A DNA stretch of 64,000 nt from an uncultured Erysipelotrichaceae bacterium (GCA_947167125.1 CAMVGT010000006.1:14191-78190), one strand, 5' to 3'. Shown: positions 20,259 to 30,336, counted from the first letter of the stretch. Program-made: numbers and translations. The notes: a model not told the origin generated them from the sequence alone.

Positions 20259-20807
20259 ATGACATACGCAATTATCGATTCCAGTACAGTGAAAATGGAC
20301 AAGGCAGTCGATCATCTGCAGTCTGAACTCAACACCGTGCGCACAGGCATGGCTAACGCAAAAATGCTCGATAAAGTAATGGTTGACTATTACGGATCGC
20401 CGACACCGCTGAACCAGATCGCCGGTATTTCCGTACAGGAAGGCCGTACACTCGTCATCAAGCCTTATGACCCGAGCTCACTCCGTGACATCGAAAAGGC
20501 ATGCAACGCTGCTGACCTGGGCATCAACCCGCAGAATGACGGTTCTGTTGTCCGTCTGACTGTTCCTCAGCTGACCGGTGAAACAAGAAAGGAAATGACA
20601 AAGAAAGTTTCCAAGCTTGCGGAAGAAGCTAAAGTTCAGATCAGAAACATCAGAAGAGAAGCGATGACAGCTGTCAAGAAAGATGAAACAATGGATGAAG
20701 ACGTTCAGAAGGACGCTGAAAAGGAAATCCAGAAGCTGACAGACAGCTACACAAAGAAGATCGACCAGATGGCCGATGCCAAGAGCAAGGAAGTTCTGAA
20801 AGTCTGA
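20259..20807 (+). CDS. frr: Ribosome recycling factor
   Basis: VRTGMAN, DYYGSPTPL, P.NDG, AKVQIRNIRR. Confidence 0.97.
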   Translation: MTYAIIDSSTVKMDKAVDHLQSELNTVRTGMANAKMLDKVMVDYYGSPTPLNQIAGISVQEGRTLVIKPYDPSSLRDIEKACNAADLGINPQNDGSVVRLTVPQLTGETRKEMTKKVSKLAEEAKVQIRNIRREAMTAVKKDETMDEDVQKDAEKEIQKLTDSYTKKIDQMADAKSKEVLKV

Positions 20808-20817
20808 TTGACATATA

Positions 20818-20840
20818 GGGTGCCGGCGCACCCTTTTTTT
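20818..20840 (+). terminator. pyrH-frr terminator
   Basis: GGGTGC-cggc-GCACCC followed by T7. Confidence 0.85.
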
Positions 20841-20850
20841 GGGAATGCAT

Positions 20851-21888
20851 ATGACACGGATTCATCTGGAAAAACTGAACCGGAACTATGGGGAACACGC
20901 GGCTGTAAAAGACGTTTCTTTTACTGTGGAAGACGGATCATCCTGTGTGATTCTCGGACCTTCCGGTGCCGGCAAAACGACGCTGCTGCGATGTATTGCC
21001 GGACTGGAAAAACCGGATGGGGGATCCGTTTATTTTGATGAGAAAGATGTCAGTGCTCTGACTCCGGCAGAGCGGAGAATATCGATGATCTTTCAGACGC
21101 CGGCGCTGTTTGATCATACACGGGTCAAAGACAACATTGCCTATGGAATGGCAAAGCTCGGATTTGATCAAAAGGAAATTCAAAGACGGACAGAAGAAAG
21201 CGCGCGCATGCTGCATATCGAAAAACTTCAGGAACGGTATCCGCTTTCGCTTTCCGGCGGAGAAAAGCAGCGTGTATCCATCGCCCGGGCAATGATCCGC
21301 GAACCCTCGATATTGCTGCTGGATGAGCCGTTTTCCTCCCTTGATACAAGACTTGCGCAGGAACTATGCGAAGAGGTGCGCAGGCTGCAGAAAGAAAAGG
21401 GGATGACAATGATCACCGTCACCCATGATCAGACGGAAGCGATGGCGCTTGCCGATCAGCTGATCCTGATGAAGGACGGACGCATTGCGGCAATGGGAAC
21501 GCCATTATCGCTCTATAACGATCCGCCCAATCTCTTTGCGGCTGATTTCCTGGGAGAAACATCCGTCAATAAAGTGACCCGCGGCACAAAGCTGTTTGAG
21601 CAGCTGGAAGACACATATCCGGTTCCTCCTTCGGCTGAAACAATTGCCTTCCGGCCTTCAGCTGCCTGCATATCCAATGAAGGGAAATTCAGCGGTAAAT
21701 TGATCTCGCTGAAAAAAGGCTATGAAGCAGATCAGGCTCTTGTAAAAGCAGGGGATACCGATGTGCTGATCGCACTTGAAAAAGGAATGCGGCTATCCGG
21801 GGAGGTCCGCTTTGATCTCAATCCTGCGTCATTGTTAATATTTGATGAAAACGGTGATTCTCTGAATCATGCGAGAAACGTAGTATAA
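20851..21888 (+). CDS. Orphan ABC transporter ATPase, MalK/PotA type
   Basis: GPSGAGKTT, LSGGEKQRV, LLLDEPFSSLD, VTHDQTEA, C-terminal regulatory domain. Confidence 0.9.
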   Translation: MTRIHLEKLNRNYGEHAAVKDVSFTVEDGSSCVILGPSGAGKTTLLRCIAGLEKPDGGSVYFDEKDVSALTPAERRISMIFQTPALFDHTRVKDNIAYGMAKLGFDQKEIQRRTEESARMLHIEKLQERYPLSLSGGEKQRVSIARAMIREPSILLLDEPFSSLDTRLAQELCEEVRRLQKEKGMTMITVTHDQTEAMALADQLILMKDGRIAAMGTPLSLYNDPPNLFAADFLGETSVNKVTRGTKLFEQLEDTYPVPPSAETIAFRPSAACISNEGKFSGKLISLKKGYEADQALVKAGDTDVLIALEKGMRLSGEVRFDLNPASLLIFDENGDSLNHARNVV

Positions 21889-21914
21889 TAGTCCCGTTAC
21901 CCATGGAGGTTTCT

Positions 21915-22619
21915 ATGAAAGAATGTAAACATCTGGCAATTATCATGGACGGAAACGGCCGCTGGGCGAAGTCGAAGGGACTTCCGAGAACCGCTGGCCA
22001 TAAGGCGGGAGCCGACAATGTCCGTAACATAGCGATCGCCGCGAATGAACTCGGCGTCAAATACCTGACACTCTATGCTTTCTCAACCGAAAACTGGAAG
22101 CGTTCGGCCGATGAAGTCGGCTATCTGATGAAGCTTCCCGGTTATCTGTTCAATGTTTTCATGCCCGAATTTATGGAGCGCGGTTTCCGCATCCGTCTGA
22201 TCGGGGATATTGACGGCCTTCCTGAAGGCACAAGAAAAGTCATTCTCAAGGCTGCGGAAGATTCCAAAAACAATACCGGACTGAACCTGATCATTGCGAT
22301 CAACTACGGTTCCCGCGATGAAATCCGCAGGGCGATGGTCCAGATTGCAGAAGAAGTGAAAGAGGGAAATGTGAATCCGGAAGAGATCACTGAAGAAATG
22401 ATTTCTTCCCACCTTGATACGAAGGAATTCCCGGATGTCGACCTGCTGATCCGCACAAGCGGCGAACAGCGCATTTCCAATTATCTGCTGTGGCAGATCG
22501 CCTATGCGGAAATGGAATTTGTAAAGGAATCATGGCCGGCATTCACACCGGAGATCCTGGCCAAGTGCCTGGATGAATACTCCCACAGAGACAGAAGGTT
22601 CGGAGGCAGAAATGAGTAA
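21915..22619 (+). CDS. uppS: Undecaprenyl diphosphate synthase
   Basis: HLAIIMDGNGRWA, YAFSTENWKR, LLIRTSGEQRISNYLLWQ. Confidence 0.97.
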   Translation: MKECKHLAIIMDGNGRWAKSKGLPRTAGHKAGADNVRNIAIAANELGVKYLTLYAFSTENWKRSADEVGYLMKLPGYLFNVFMPEFMERGFRIRLIGDIDGLPEGTRKVILKAAEDSKNNTGLNLIIAINYGSRDEIRRAMVQIAEEVKEGNVNPEEITEEMISSHLDTKEFPDVDLLIRTSGEQRISNYLLWQIAYAEMEFVKESWPAFTPEILAKCLDEYSHRDRRFGGRNE

Positions 22620-23397
22620 GATGATGATCAAAACCCTGGTTGCCCTGGCAATGATCGCGGTATGTGTGCCGATCGCGATCATCGGCGGCATCCCGATGAA
22701 GATCCTGCTTGCGGCAATCGCATGCATGGCAGCCTGGGAGACAGCGAATCTGTTTCATAAGAACTCCTATATCATGGCGGCTCTGGATTTTGCGGCAATT
22801 GCCGGAATCTGGTTTGTGCCGACAACCCATCTTGCGGCAGTGATCGCTTTATGGCTTGTCATTCTCTTTACGATTGAACTGCTCGATGAAAACATCACAA
22901 CCGATCTTGTCGCATATTCGTTTCTGATGACGATGTTAACGGGTCTTGCGATCCGCTGCGTGCAGTTTATCTATGCCGATCAGGCAACAGCAGTCTACGT
23001 GCTTCTCTATATCGCATTCGCATGTTTCGGCTGCGATACCGGTGCCTATTTCTTCGGCGTCGCATTCGGAAAGCATAAGATGATTCCGCGCGTTTCCCCG
23101 AACAAGACATGGGAAGGCTCCATCGGCGGCTATGCCACCGGCGCTATCCTTTCCTTTGTGTTTGCGATGTTCTTCTGCAAACATCTTCCTATGGGACTTC
23201 TTGTCTCTGCTTCTTTGATTCTGCCGGCAGTCGCCCAGATCGGCGATCTTGCCTTCTCCAGCATCAAGCGCAGATTCGGCATCAAGGATCTCGGCAATCT
23301 CTTCCCGGGGCACGGCGGAATCCTGGACCGTGTTGATTCGATTATTTTCTGCTTAATGGTATTCAGCGGACTGCTGATTGTATGGGGGTTTGCATGA
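22612..23397 (+). CDS. cdsA: Phosphatidate cytidylyltransferase
   Basis: DTGAYFFG, SPNKTWEG, SSIKRRFGIKDLGNLFPGHGGILDRVDS. Confidence 0.96.
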   Translation: MSKMMIKTLVALAMIAVCVPIAIIGGIPMKILLAAIACMAAWETANLFHKNSYIMAALDFAAIAGIWFVPTTHLAAVIALWLVILFTIELLDENITTDLVAYSFLMTMLTGLAIRCVQFIYADQATAVYVLLYIAFACFGCDTGAYFFGVAFGKHKMIPRVSPNKTWEGSIGGYATGAILSFVFAMFFCKHLPMGLLVSASLILPAVAQIGDLAFSSIKRRFGIKDLGNLFPGHGGILDRVDSIIFCLMVFSGLLIVWGFA

Positions 23398-24551
23398 AAC
23401 GGCTTGTATTGTTAGGGGCAACCGGATCCATCGGCGTGCAGACAATTGATGTTGTCCTTCAGCATCCGGATCTTTTTGAAATCGAAGCGCTCAGCGCCGG
23501 AAAAAATATCGCAAAGCTGAAGGAAATCCTCGCAGATGTCCATCCGCATACAGTCTGCGTGCAGAATCAGAGCGATATGGAAAACCTGCAGCAGGAATAT
23601 CCTGACATCCGGTTTGTCTGCGGCGATGAGGGACTGAATGAGCTTGCGGCTTTGAAGGACTATGATGTACTTGTCAACGCGCTTGTCGGATTTGTCGGAT
23701 TCATGCCGACACTGACAGCGATTCAGAATCATCATGATGTCGCGCTTGCCAATAAGGAAACGCTGGTTGTCGGCGGCGAACTGATCAACCGCGCATTGAA
23801 AACATACGGACAGAAACTCTATCCGATTGATTCCGAACATTCGGCGATTTTCCAGTGCCTGCAGGGAAACAGGAAAGATGATCTTCTGCGTCTGATTATC
23901 ACCGCTTCCGGCGGCAGCTTCCGTACAAAAACAAGAGCGGAACTGAAAGACGTGACAGTTGAACAGGCACTTGCCCATCCCAACTGGTCAATGGGCGCGA
24001 AAATCACAATCGACAGCGCCGATATGATGAACAAGGGCTTTGAGGTCATGGAGGCCCACTGGCTCTTTGATGTCGATTATGATCATATCGATGTGCTGAT
24101 GCACAGGGAATCGGTGATTCATTCCATGGTGGAATACCGCGATCACAGCGTTATTGCCCAGCTCGGGGCACCGGATATGCGCCTGCCGATTCAGTATGCG
24201 CTCAGCTGGCCGGACCGTTTTGAGCTGCATCAGGACAAGCCGCTCGATCTTGCGGAAATCGCAGAACTGCATTTTGAAAAGCCCGATGTCAGACGCTTCC
24301 CGCTGCTTTCGCTGGCATATGAAACAGGACGCAAGGGCGGCAATCTGCCCGGTGTGATGAATGCGGCAAATGAAGCTGCGAACCTTGCGTTCAGACAGGG
24401 AAAAATCCCGTTCCTCAAAATCGAGGATATCGTGATTTCAGCTGTTTACAGAGCGCCTTTTAAAGAAGTGAATGATGTTCAGGACCTGATTGAAGCCAAT
24501 GCATGGGGTCAGTCATTCGCTTTGAAAATGATAGATGGAGATGTGAAATGA
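23394..24551 (+). CDS. dxr: 1-deoxy-D-xylulose-5-phosphate reductoisomerase
   Basis: LGATGSIG, LANKETLV, PIDSEHSA, HPNWSMGAKIT, NAANE. Confidence 0.97.
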   Translation: MKRLVLLGATGSIGVQTIDVVLQHPDLFEIEALSAGKNIAKLKEILADVHPHTVCVQNQSDMENLQQEYPDIRFVCGDEGLNELAALKDYDVLVNALVGFVGFMPTLTAIQNHHDVALANKETLVVGGELINRALKTYGQKLYPIDSEHSAIFQCLQGNRKDDLLRLIITASGGSFRTKTRAELKDVTVEQALAHPNWSMGAKITIDSADMMNKGFEVMEAHWLFDVDYDHIDVLMHRESVIHSMVEYRDHSVIAQLGAPDMRLPIQYALSWPDRFELHQDKPLDLAEIAELHFEKPDVRRFPLLSLAYETGRKGGNLPGVMNAANEAANLAFRQGKIPFLKIEDIVISAVYRAPFKEVNDVQDLIEANAWGQSFALKMIDGDVK

Positions 24552-25606
24552 CAATTGTTTATTTTCTGATTCTTCTTTCTCTAATCATTGTGATTCATGA
24601 AGCAGGGCATCTGGCTGCAGCCAAGAAGTTCGGTGTCTACTGCTATGAATTCTCATTCGGAATGGGCCCTGCGATTTTCCAGAAGAAGGGAAAGGAAACA
24701 GTCTATTCCATCCGCGCAATTCCGATCGGCGGCTATGTTTCCATGGCCGGCGAACAGGATGGCGATGAGATGTATCCGGATGTGAAAGTGGCAGAGGACA
24801 GAAGACTGATCAATAAGCCCTGGTGGCAGAAGGTGATCATCATGCTGGCCGGTGTGTTCATGAACTTCATGCTGGCATGGATTATCTTCTCGATGATCTT
24901 CCTTTCCAACGGTGTATTCTATGAACCTGCCAAGGCGGTGGTCAGTCAGGTCGTGGAAGGATCGCCTGCAGAAAAAGCAGGGTTCATGAGCGGCGATGTG
25001 ATCCGTAAAATCATCAAGGAAGACGGATCCAGCGCGGAAGTGGACACGTATCTTGACATGCAGACATTCTCAAACGGATATTCCGGATTGGAAACCTATG
25101 TGATTGAACGCAACGGCGAAACGATGGAACTGCAGGTGCAGCCGGCTTATGATGAAGAAAGCGGCATGTATCTGATCGGTATTGTCGGTTCGGAAGGTGA
25201 AACAAAGACCGTCAATCTTGTGAACTGCTGGTATTACGGTCTGGCGGAAATGGGGACGATCTTCCGTCTTCTTGTCATCACGATCGCTTCGATTTTCCAT
25301 GGATCCGGATTCAGTCAGTTCTCCGGACCTGTAGGCATCTACCAGGCGACGGAAACATATGCGGCAATGGGATTCGGAAGCTTTATGGCGCTGGTTGCCC
25401 AGCTGTCCATGAATGTCGGCATCTTCAATCTGCTTCCTCTGCCGGTGCTCGACGGCGGCCAGGTGGTTATTACACTTGCGGAAACCGTTGTCGGCAAAGA
25501 ACTGAATACGAAAGTAAAAACAGTTCTGATGGCGGCCTGCTGGGTTCTGCTAATCGGATTCATGTTATTCGTGACATGGAATGATATTGCAAAACTGTTC
25601 AGCTAA
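24548..25606 (+). CDS. rseP: RIP metalloprotease RseP/RasP
   Basis: IHEAGH, PDZ domain, FNLLPLPVLDGG. Confidence 0.95.
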   Translation: MTIVYFLILLSLIIVIHEAGHLAAAKKFGVYCYEFSFGMGPAIFQKKGKETVYSIRAIPIGGYVSMAGEQDGDEMYPDVKVAEDRRLINKPWWQKVIIMLAGVFMNFMLAWIIFSMIFLSNGVFYEPAKAVVSQVVEGSPAEKAGFMSGDVIRKIIKEDGSSAEVDTYLDMQTFSNGYSGLETYVIERNGETMELQVQPAYDEESGMYLIGIVGSEGETKTVNLVNCWYYGLAEMGTIFRLLVITIASIFHGSGFSQFSGPVGIYQATETYAAMGFGSFMALVAQLSMNVGIFNLLPLPVLDGGQVVITLAETVVGKELNTKVKTVLMAACWVLLIGFMLFVTWNDIAKLFS

Positions 25607-25635
25607 ACAAAAACAATTCAGATGATTTGAATCAT

Positions 25636-25666
25636 ACGGGATGACTTCAGCAGCCATCCCGTTTTT
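25636..25666 (+). terminator. Terminator after rseP
   Basis: ACGGGATG ... CATCCCGT followed by T-run. Confidence 0.7.
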
Positions 25667-25725
25667 CATTATAAAAAGAGCTTTTCAGAATCGATACAAT
25701 CCTGATCAGCTCCTGTCGGTGATTA

Positions 25726-26769
25726 TTACATCTTCTGTGCTTTTGCCAGCAGACGCACTTTTTCTTTGCGCGCATTCTGCAGCCCGGTATCTTCTTTGAA
25801 GCCCCATTCGTTTTCCAGCAGATCGATGATGCGGTCATACGTATCCGCTGCTTTTGCATATTCACCCATAATCTCATAGATGTCAGCGATGGACATCAAT
25901 GCATCAGTAAAGCGCGGTCTGTGTTTTTCTTTTTCAAAAGACTGCTCATAGAGTCCGACTGCTTTGGCATAATCGCTTTTTTTCGCATAATACTGTGCAG
26001 CTTCAAACAGGAAGTTAACGTCATCCGGATATTCAGAAACGAGATTTTCGATCATCCTGTCTGCAGTGGTTTCATCAAAACGGGCAAGCGCAATATGCGC
26101 CTTGTAAACCTGAATCATAAAGGGTCTTGCGTCATGAAGACTGCTTACTTTCTGCAGATACGTTTCTGCTTCGTCTGCGCGGTGATCGGCAAGCAGGTTG
26201 TCGATCAGATAGAGATAGGGCAGGCGTATATCCGGATTTTTTTCAGCGACATCGCTCCAGAATGCGATTGCTTTTGTATGATTGCACATATTCCAGTCCC
26301 ATGCGGCATGGCCCTCTGCTTTGTTCAGGATCCATTGACAGTCCTTTTCTCCCGGAGCCTTTTGAATCACATCTTTCGCATAGCGGGAAGCTTTTATGGC
26401 ATTTGAATTCATACGGTGCCAATACAGATATGCAAGCAGACTTTCTGCACGATGTCCGTTTGACGCATCATCAAGCTGTGCCTTCAGAAAGTCTTCGTAT
26501 TCACGGAACAGATCCTGTGAAATTTCCTCGTTGATATCAAGGCTGTTTTCAATCCGGTTCAGATGCTGTTCGCTGCTTAAGTCGAATAGATCATCGATGG
26601 ATACGCCGAAGGTTTCGGCAATCAGAGGAAGGGCGGTGATATCCGGCATGGATACGGCGTTTTCCCATTTGGAGACGGACTGCGGTCCGATGCCGAGTCT
26701 TTCGGCAAGCTGTTCCTGTGTAAGACCGGCTTTATAGCGAAGCTGTCTGATCTTTTTTCCCAGTTCCAT
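25726..26769 (-). CDS. XRE-family HTH regulator with C-terminal TPR repeats
   Basis: LRYKAGLTQEQLAERLGIGPQSVSKWEN (HTH_3), then helical TPR-like repeats; start 26769 after GGAGG (alternative 26784). Confidence 0.85.
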   Translation of the reverse strand: MELGKKIRQLRYKAGLTQEQLAERLGIGPQSVSKWENAVSMPDITALPLIAETFGVSIDDLFDLSSEQHLNRIENSLDINEEISQDLFREYEDFLKAQLDDASNGHRAESLLAYLYWHRMNSNAIKASRYAKDVIQKAPGEKDCQWILNKAEGHAAWDWNMCNHTKAIAFWSDVAEKNPDIRLPYLYLIDNLLADHRADEAETYLQKVSSLHDARPFMIQVYKAHIALARFDETTADRMIENLVSEYPDDVNFLFEAAQYYAKKSDYAKAVGLYEQSFEKEKHRPRFTDALMSIADIYEIMGEYAKAADTYDRIIDLLENEWGFKEDTGLQNARKEKVRLLAKAQKM

Positions 26770-26913
26770 ATATTGATCCTCCATGTATCATGATTGTTCT
26801 GTGATCACGGCTTCATTATACGGAAGTCGCGGAAGGGTTCCAATAACGCAGTATGCAAGCCGGTTCGCCTGATGGTTGAAATGTGTTTTTTTTTGCAGAA
26901 GAATACCGGACAT

Positions 26914-26940
26914 AAAAAGACTGCTGCACCTCCCGCAGTC
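26914..26940 (-). terminator. Terminator after nagA
   Basis: Minus strand GACTGC...GCAGTC followed by T-run. Confidence 0.6.
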
Positions 26941-26960
26941 CTTACCGGTTCTGTTCTTTA

Positions 26961-28100
26961 TTATTTCAGCATCGGGATGCCTTTGCAGAAAGTCTCGATG
27001 ACATGGAAGTCTTCATCCAGAACCGCCAGATCGCAATCATAGCCGACTTCGATTTTGCCCAGTCTGTTTCCCATGCCGATCAGGCAGGCCGGATTATGGG
27101 TGGCGCTCATGACCGCATTTTCAAACGGAACCATTGCTTTCTTTACCAGATTGCGCAGGCCGTCATTCATTTTCATAGTCGATCCGGCAAGATTCTTTTC
27201 TTCCACCAGATGTGCGCTGCCGTCCGGGTAAATCTCGATTTCGTGTCCGCCGAACAGGAACTTTGTGCCGGGTTCAAAGCCTTTGCACATTAAGGAATCG
27301 GAAATCATGACTGCCTTATCCGGATTTTTGGAATGGAAGAAGATATTGAGTGCCTGCGGCGTGCTGTGATTGCAGTCGCAGATGATCTCACTGTAAAGAT
27401 CCCGCATGCGCAATGCGGCACCGACCGTTCCGTTTTCGCGGTGTTTCAGCGGCGTCATCGCGTTGTATGTATGAGTGACTGACTTTGCGCCGTTGGCAGC
27501 TGCCAGGACTGCCTGAGCATAAGAGGCGGATGTATGGCCGATGGAAACAGCCACATCATGGGCTGCGCACCAGCGTGTCAGTGCGAAATCCGGATCGTGT
27601 TCAGGAGCCAGGGTGATGATGCGGATCAGACCGTCGGCGGCTTCCTGATATTCTTTGAATTCTTCAATGGAAGCGGGTACGATTGCTTCGGGAGGCTGGG
27701 CGCCTTTATAAGCCATATCGAGATAGGGGCCTTCAAAATGAATGCCGAGAATGCGCGCGCCTTCATATCCCTGCTTTACAACATCCGCGACATTGCGGAC
27801 AGCCTTGAGCAGTACATCTTTCTTTTCGGTAATGGTTGTCGCAAGAAAACCGGTGACGCCTTCCTGCACAATGCCGGCAGCCCATTTTCTGAGTCCTTCG
27901 GGATCGGCATAATCGGTATCGAAACCGTAAGCGCCGTGGCAATGGACATCAATCATGCCGGGGATGATGATCTGATCGCCGTAATCAAGATCGGCTTCTG
28001 TTTCATATGGATGGATGCGGGAAATGATTCCGTTTTCTGTTTCAATGACACAGGGAATCAGATCGGAATGCACGAAAATCCTGCTGCTTCTGATCTTCAT
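26961..28100 (-). CDS. nagA: N-acetylglucosamine-6-phosphate deacetylase
   Basis: PGMIDVHCHG, GIHFEGPYL, ITLAPE, SIGHT, HTYNAM, LAGST. Confidence 0.93.
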   Translation of the reverse strand: MKIRSSRIFVHSDLIPCVIETENGIISRIHPYETEADLDYGDQIIIPGMIDVHCHGAYGFDTDYADPEGLRKWAAGIVQEGVTGFLATTITEKKDVLLKAVRNVADVVKQGYEGARILGIHFEGPYLDMAYKGAQPPEAIVPASIEEFKEYQEAADGLIRIITLAPEHDPDFALTRWCAAHDVAVSIGHTSASYAQAVLAAANGAKSVTHTYNAMTPLKHRENGTVGAALRMRDLYSEIICDCNHSTPQALNIFFHSKNPDKAVMISDSLMCKGFEPGTKFLFGGHEIEIYPDGSAHLVEEKNLAGSTMKMNDGLRNLVKKAMVPFENAVMSATHNPACLIGMGNRLGKIEVGYDCDLAVLDEDFHVIETFCKGIPMLK

Positions 28101-28228
28101 AAGAAGTACCTCCGTGTTCATTATAATTCATCGGATCAAAAGCTGTGCAGGTTTGTTGTCAGGCACATACAATGACGTGCTTATCATGAAATGAATTGGT
28201 ATAATAATATCCAAATGGAGGTTTTTTT

Positions 28229-28654
28229 ATGATAGGCGTAATTGTGACCGGACACGGCAAATACGCGACGGGGATGGAATCGGCACTGCATCTGCTCGCC
28301 GGTAAGCCTGAAAAGTTCACGGCAGTGGATTTCAGGTTCGAAGATACAATTGATGATCTTGAATTCCGTCTGCGCGACGCGATCCGCGACATGAAAGACT
28401 GCAGCGGGATCCTGATTCTCGTTGATGTATTTGAAGGGGCACCGTATAAGGAATCGGTGGAAATGAAAGAGAAGATGACCGATCAGAAAATTGAGATCGT
28501 GACCGGCGTCAATCTCGGTATGTTAATGCAGGTCAACCTGTCAAGAGCTTATGTATCCGACGTGACGGATCTTGCTGAACTGGCTGTGGATGAAGGAAAG
28601 AAGCAGACTCTGCGCTATGTCTACAGCGAGGCGGAAGCGGAATATGACGACTGA
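28229..28654 (+). CDS. PTS mannose/GalNAc-family EIIA
   Basis: IVTGHG (phospho-His), LVDVFEGAPY, VTGVNLGML. Confidence 0.88.
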   Translation: MIGVIVTGHGKYATGMESALHLLAGKPEKFTAVDFRFEDTIDDLEFRLRDAIRDMKDCSGILILVDVFEGAPYKESVEMKEKMTDQKIEIVTGVNLGMLMQVNLSRAYVSDVTDLAELAVDEGKKQTLRYVYSEAEAEYDD

Positions 28655-28672
28655 ACCGGGAGGCAATGAAAT

Positions 28673-29455
28673 ATGAACTTTATGATCTTCATCGCCGCAT
28701 TTCTGATGGCGGCTGATGAAAATACATTTACCCGCACACTGCACAGACCACTTGCGGCATGCACGATTTTCGGTGCCGTACTGGGAAATGCGCCGGCAGG
28801 CCTTGCGGCAGGGGCAGTGCTGGAACTTGGGGCAATCACATTTGATCAGCTTTACAGCACCAACTATATTCTTCCGTCCCTTGCGGCAGCAGTGCTTGCC
28901 GTAAACGGAACTTCCGCGACGGAAAGCGCGGCAGCGGCAGCCGCATTCTTCGGAATCAGCTATCTGCTCAAGGAAATCACAGGTCTCATCAATACTGTTT
29001 TCCTTCCTGCCGCAAGAAAAGGCGCGCAGAACAGAAAGGAAAGCGGACTGCTTGTACCGCTGCTTCTTTCGCTCATCATTACCGGTGCCGTATACGGCGC
29101 ATGCGCAATGATTCTTGCGTCCTATGGCAATGATATTGTAAACGGTCTTGTGACACTGACATCTTCCTACGGCTGGATTGCCGGCGGTCTCCATGCGGCA
29201 GGCGTGCTGGTATCGGCTGTCGGTATTGCGATTCTGCTCAGGAACCTGAATGCAAAGCAGATTCCCGGCGCATATCTTGCCGGTTTCGGACTGGCGGCGG
29301 CGTTCCTTTCGGCAAACCGCGGCTGGCCGGTACTGCTGATCTGCGGAATGATCGCGTTCGGCATTTCAGCGATGGATTATCATATCCGTTCTGAATCCGG
29401 AGCACAGACAAATGAAACAAAGAAAATCGAGAAAGGAGGCAAGGAATGGTGGTAG
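28673..29455 (+). CDS. PTS mannose-family EIIC-like permease (divergent)
   Basis: HRPLAACTIFG..LG...GL..GAVLEL, multi-TM, ends KGGKEWW. Confidence 0.72.
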   Translation: MNFMIFIAAFLMAADENTFTRTLHRPLAACTIFGAVLGNAPAGLAAGAVLELGAITFDQLYSTNYILPSLAAAVLAVNGTSATESAAAAAAFFGISYLLKEITGLINTVFLPAARKGAQNRKESGLLVPLLLSLIITGAVYGACAMILASYGNDIVNGLVTLTSSYGWIAGGLHAAGVLVSAVGIAILLRNLNAKQIPGAYLAGFGLAAAFLSANRGWPVLLICGMIAFGISAMDYHIRSESGAQTNETKKIEKGGKEWW

Positions 29456-30315
29456 TAGGAACAGGTGTCTATCAGGATACCAATGAAGCTTATCCTCTGG
29501 ATAAAAAAACACTGAGCGCCGTTGCCCTGCGCTCAATTCTTGCAGGTGCTTCCCATAATGCGGAAACATCGGAATCCATCGGCTGGGCATGGGCATTGAT
29601 GCCGGCACTCAAAAAGATTCATACCAATGAAGAAGATCTTTCCTTATGCATCGGACACCATCTGGAAACCGTGAAAGCTTCTTCCATGCTTACAACTCTG
29701 ACAATGGGAACCGTTCTTGCCCTGGAACAGCAGAAAGCGGATCCGGAAACCATCCGTTCCGTGCGCACCGCAATGAGCGCTTCCATTGATTCGCTTGGAA
29801 CCGGACTGTTCCGCTATCTTCTGATTCCGTTCTGCGCAATGGCCTGCGCGGCGCTGGCTTCTGAGGGCAATACGCTCGGGGCTGTGCTGATGGTCATCAT
29901 TCCGGCAGTGATTTCAATTGTCTGCCGCATGATCCTGATCAATACAGGCTACGCAAAGGGAGTCCGGGCAGCTGAGTCATTCATGAAACATGCGGATGCT
30001 TTAAAACATGCTTCAAGAATTGCCGGCGTATTCATGCTCGGTGCATTGAGCGCCGTCATGACACGGGCGATCGGAAGCGCTGCGGAATTCGGAAATGCGG
30101 ATTCTTCTGTCGGCATTATGACATTGGTTTCTTATGTACTGCCGGGTCTCTTCGGACTGCTGGCGGTATGGTTCAGCTATACCTTAATGGCAAAGAAAAA
30201 CAGATCGCCGCTGTTTATGGTGATTGTATTGATCGCAATCGGACTTCTCGGCGCATTGATCGGCATCTGGACGCCATATCCGTCAGTCCTCAATGTTCCC
30301 TGGCTTGCCAGCTGA
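29446..30315 (+). CDS. PTS mannose-family EIID-like permease (divergent)
   Basis: LRS...N.E...GWAWALMPALKKIH...HHLE, IRSVRTAM. Confidence 0.78.
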   Translation: MVVVGTGVYQDTNEAYPLDKKTLSAVALRSILAGASHNAETSESIGWAWALMPALKKIHTNEEDLSLCIGHHLETVKASSMLTTLTMGTVLALEQQKADPETIRSVRTAMSASIDSLGTGLFRYLLIPFCAMACAALASEGNTLGAVLMVIIPAVISIVCRMILINTGYAKGVRAAESFMKHADALKHASRIAGVFMLGALSAVMTRAIGSAAEFGNADSSVGIMTLVSYVLPGLFGLLAVWFSYTLMAKKNRSPLFMVIVLIAIGLLGALIGIWTPYPSVLNVPWLAS

Positions 30316-30336
30316 TACTGAGCTGAACGGACTAAG

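Noticed and set aside
26785-26960. Small signalling peptide gene for the HTH-TPR regulator
   Set aside because: No SD-led short ORF with a signal-peptide character was seen on either strand here or at 25607-25725.
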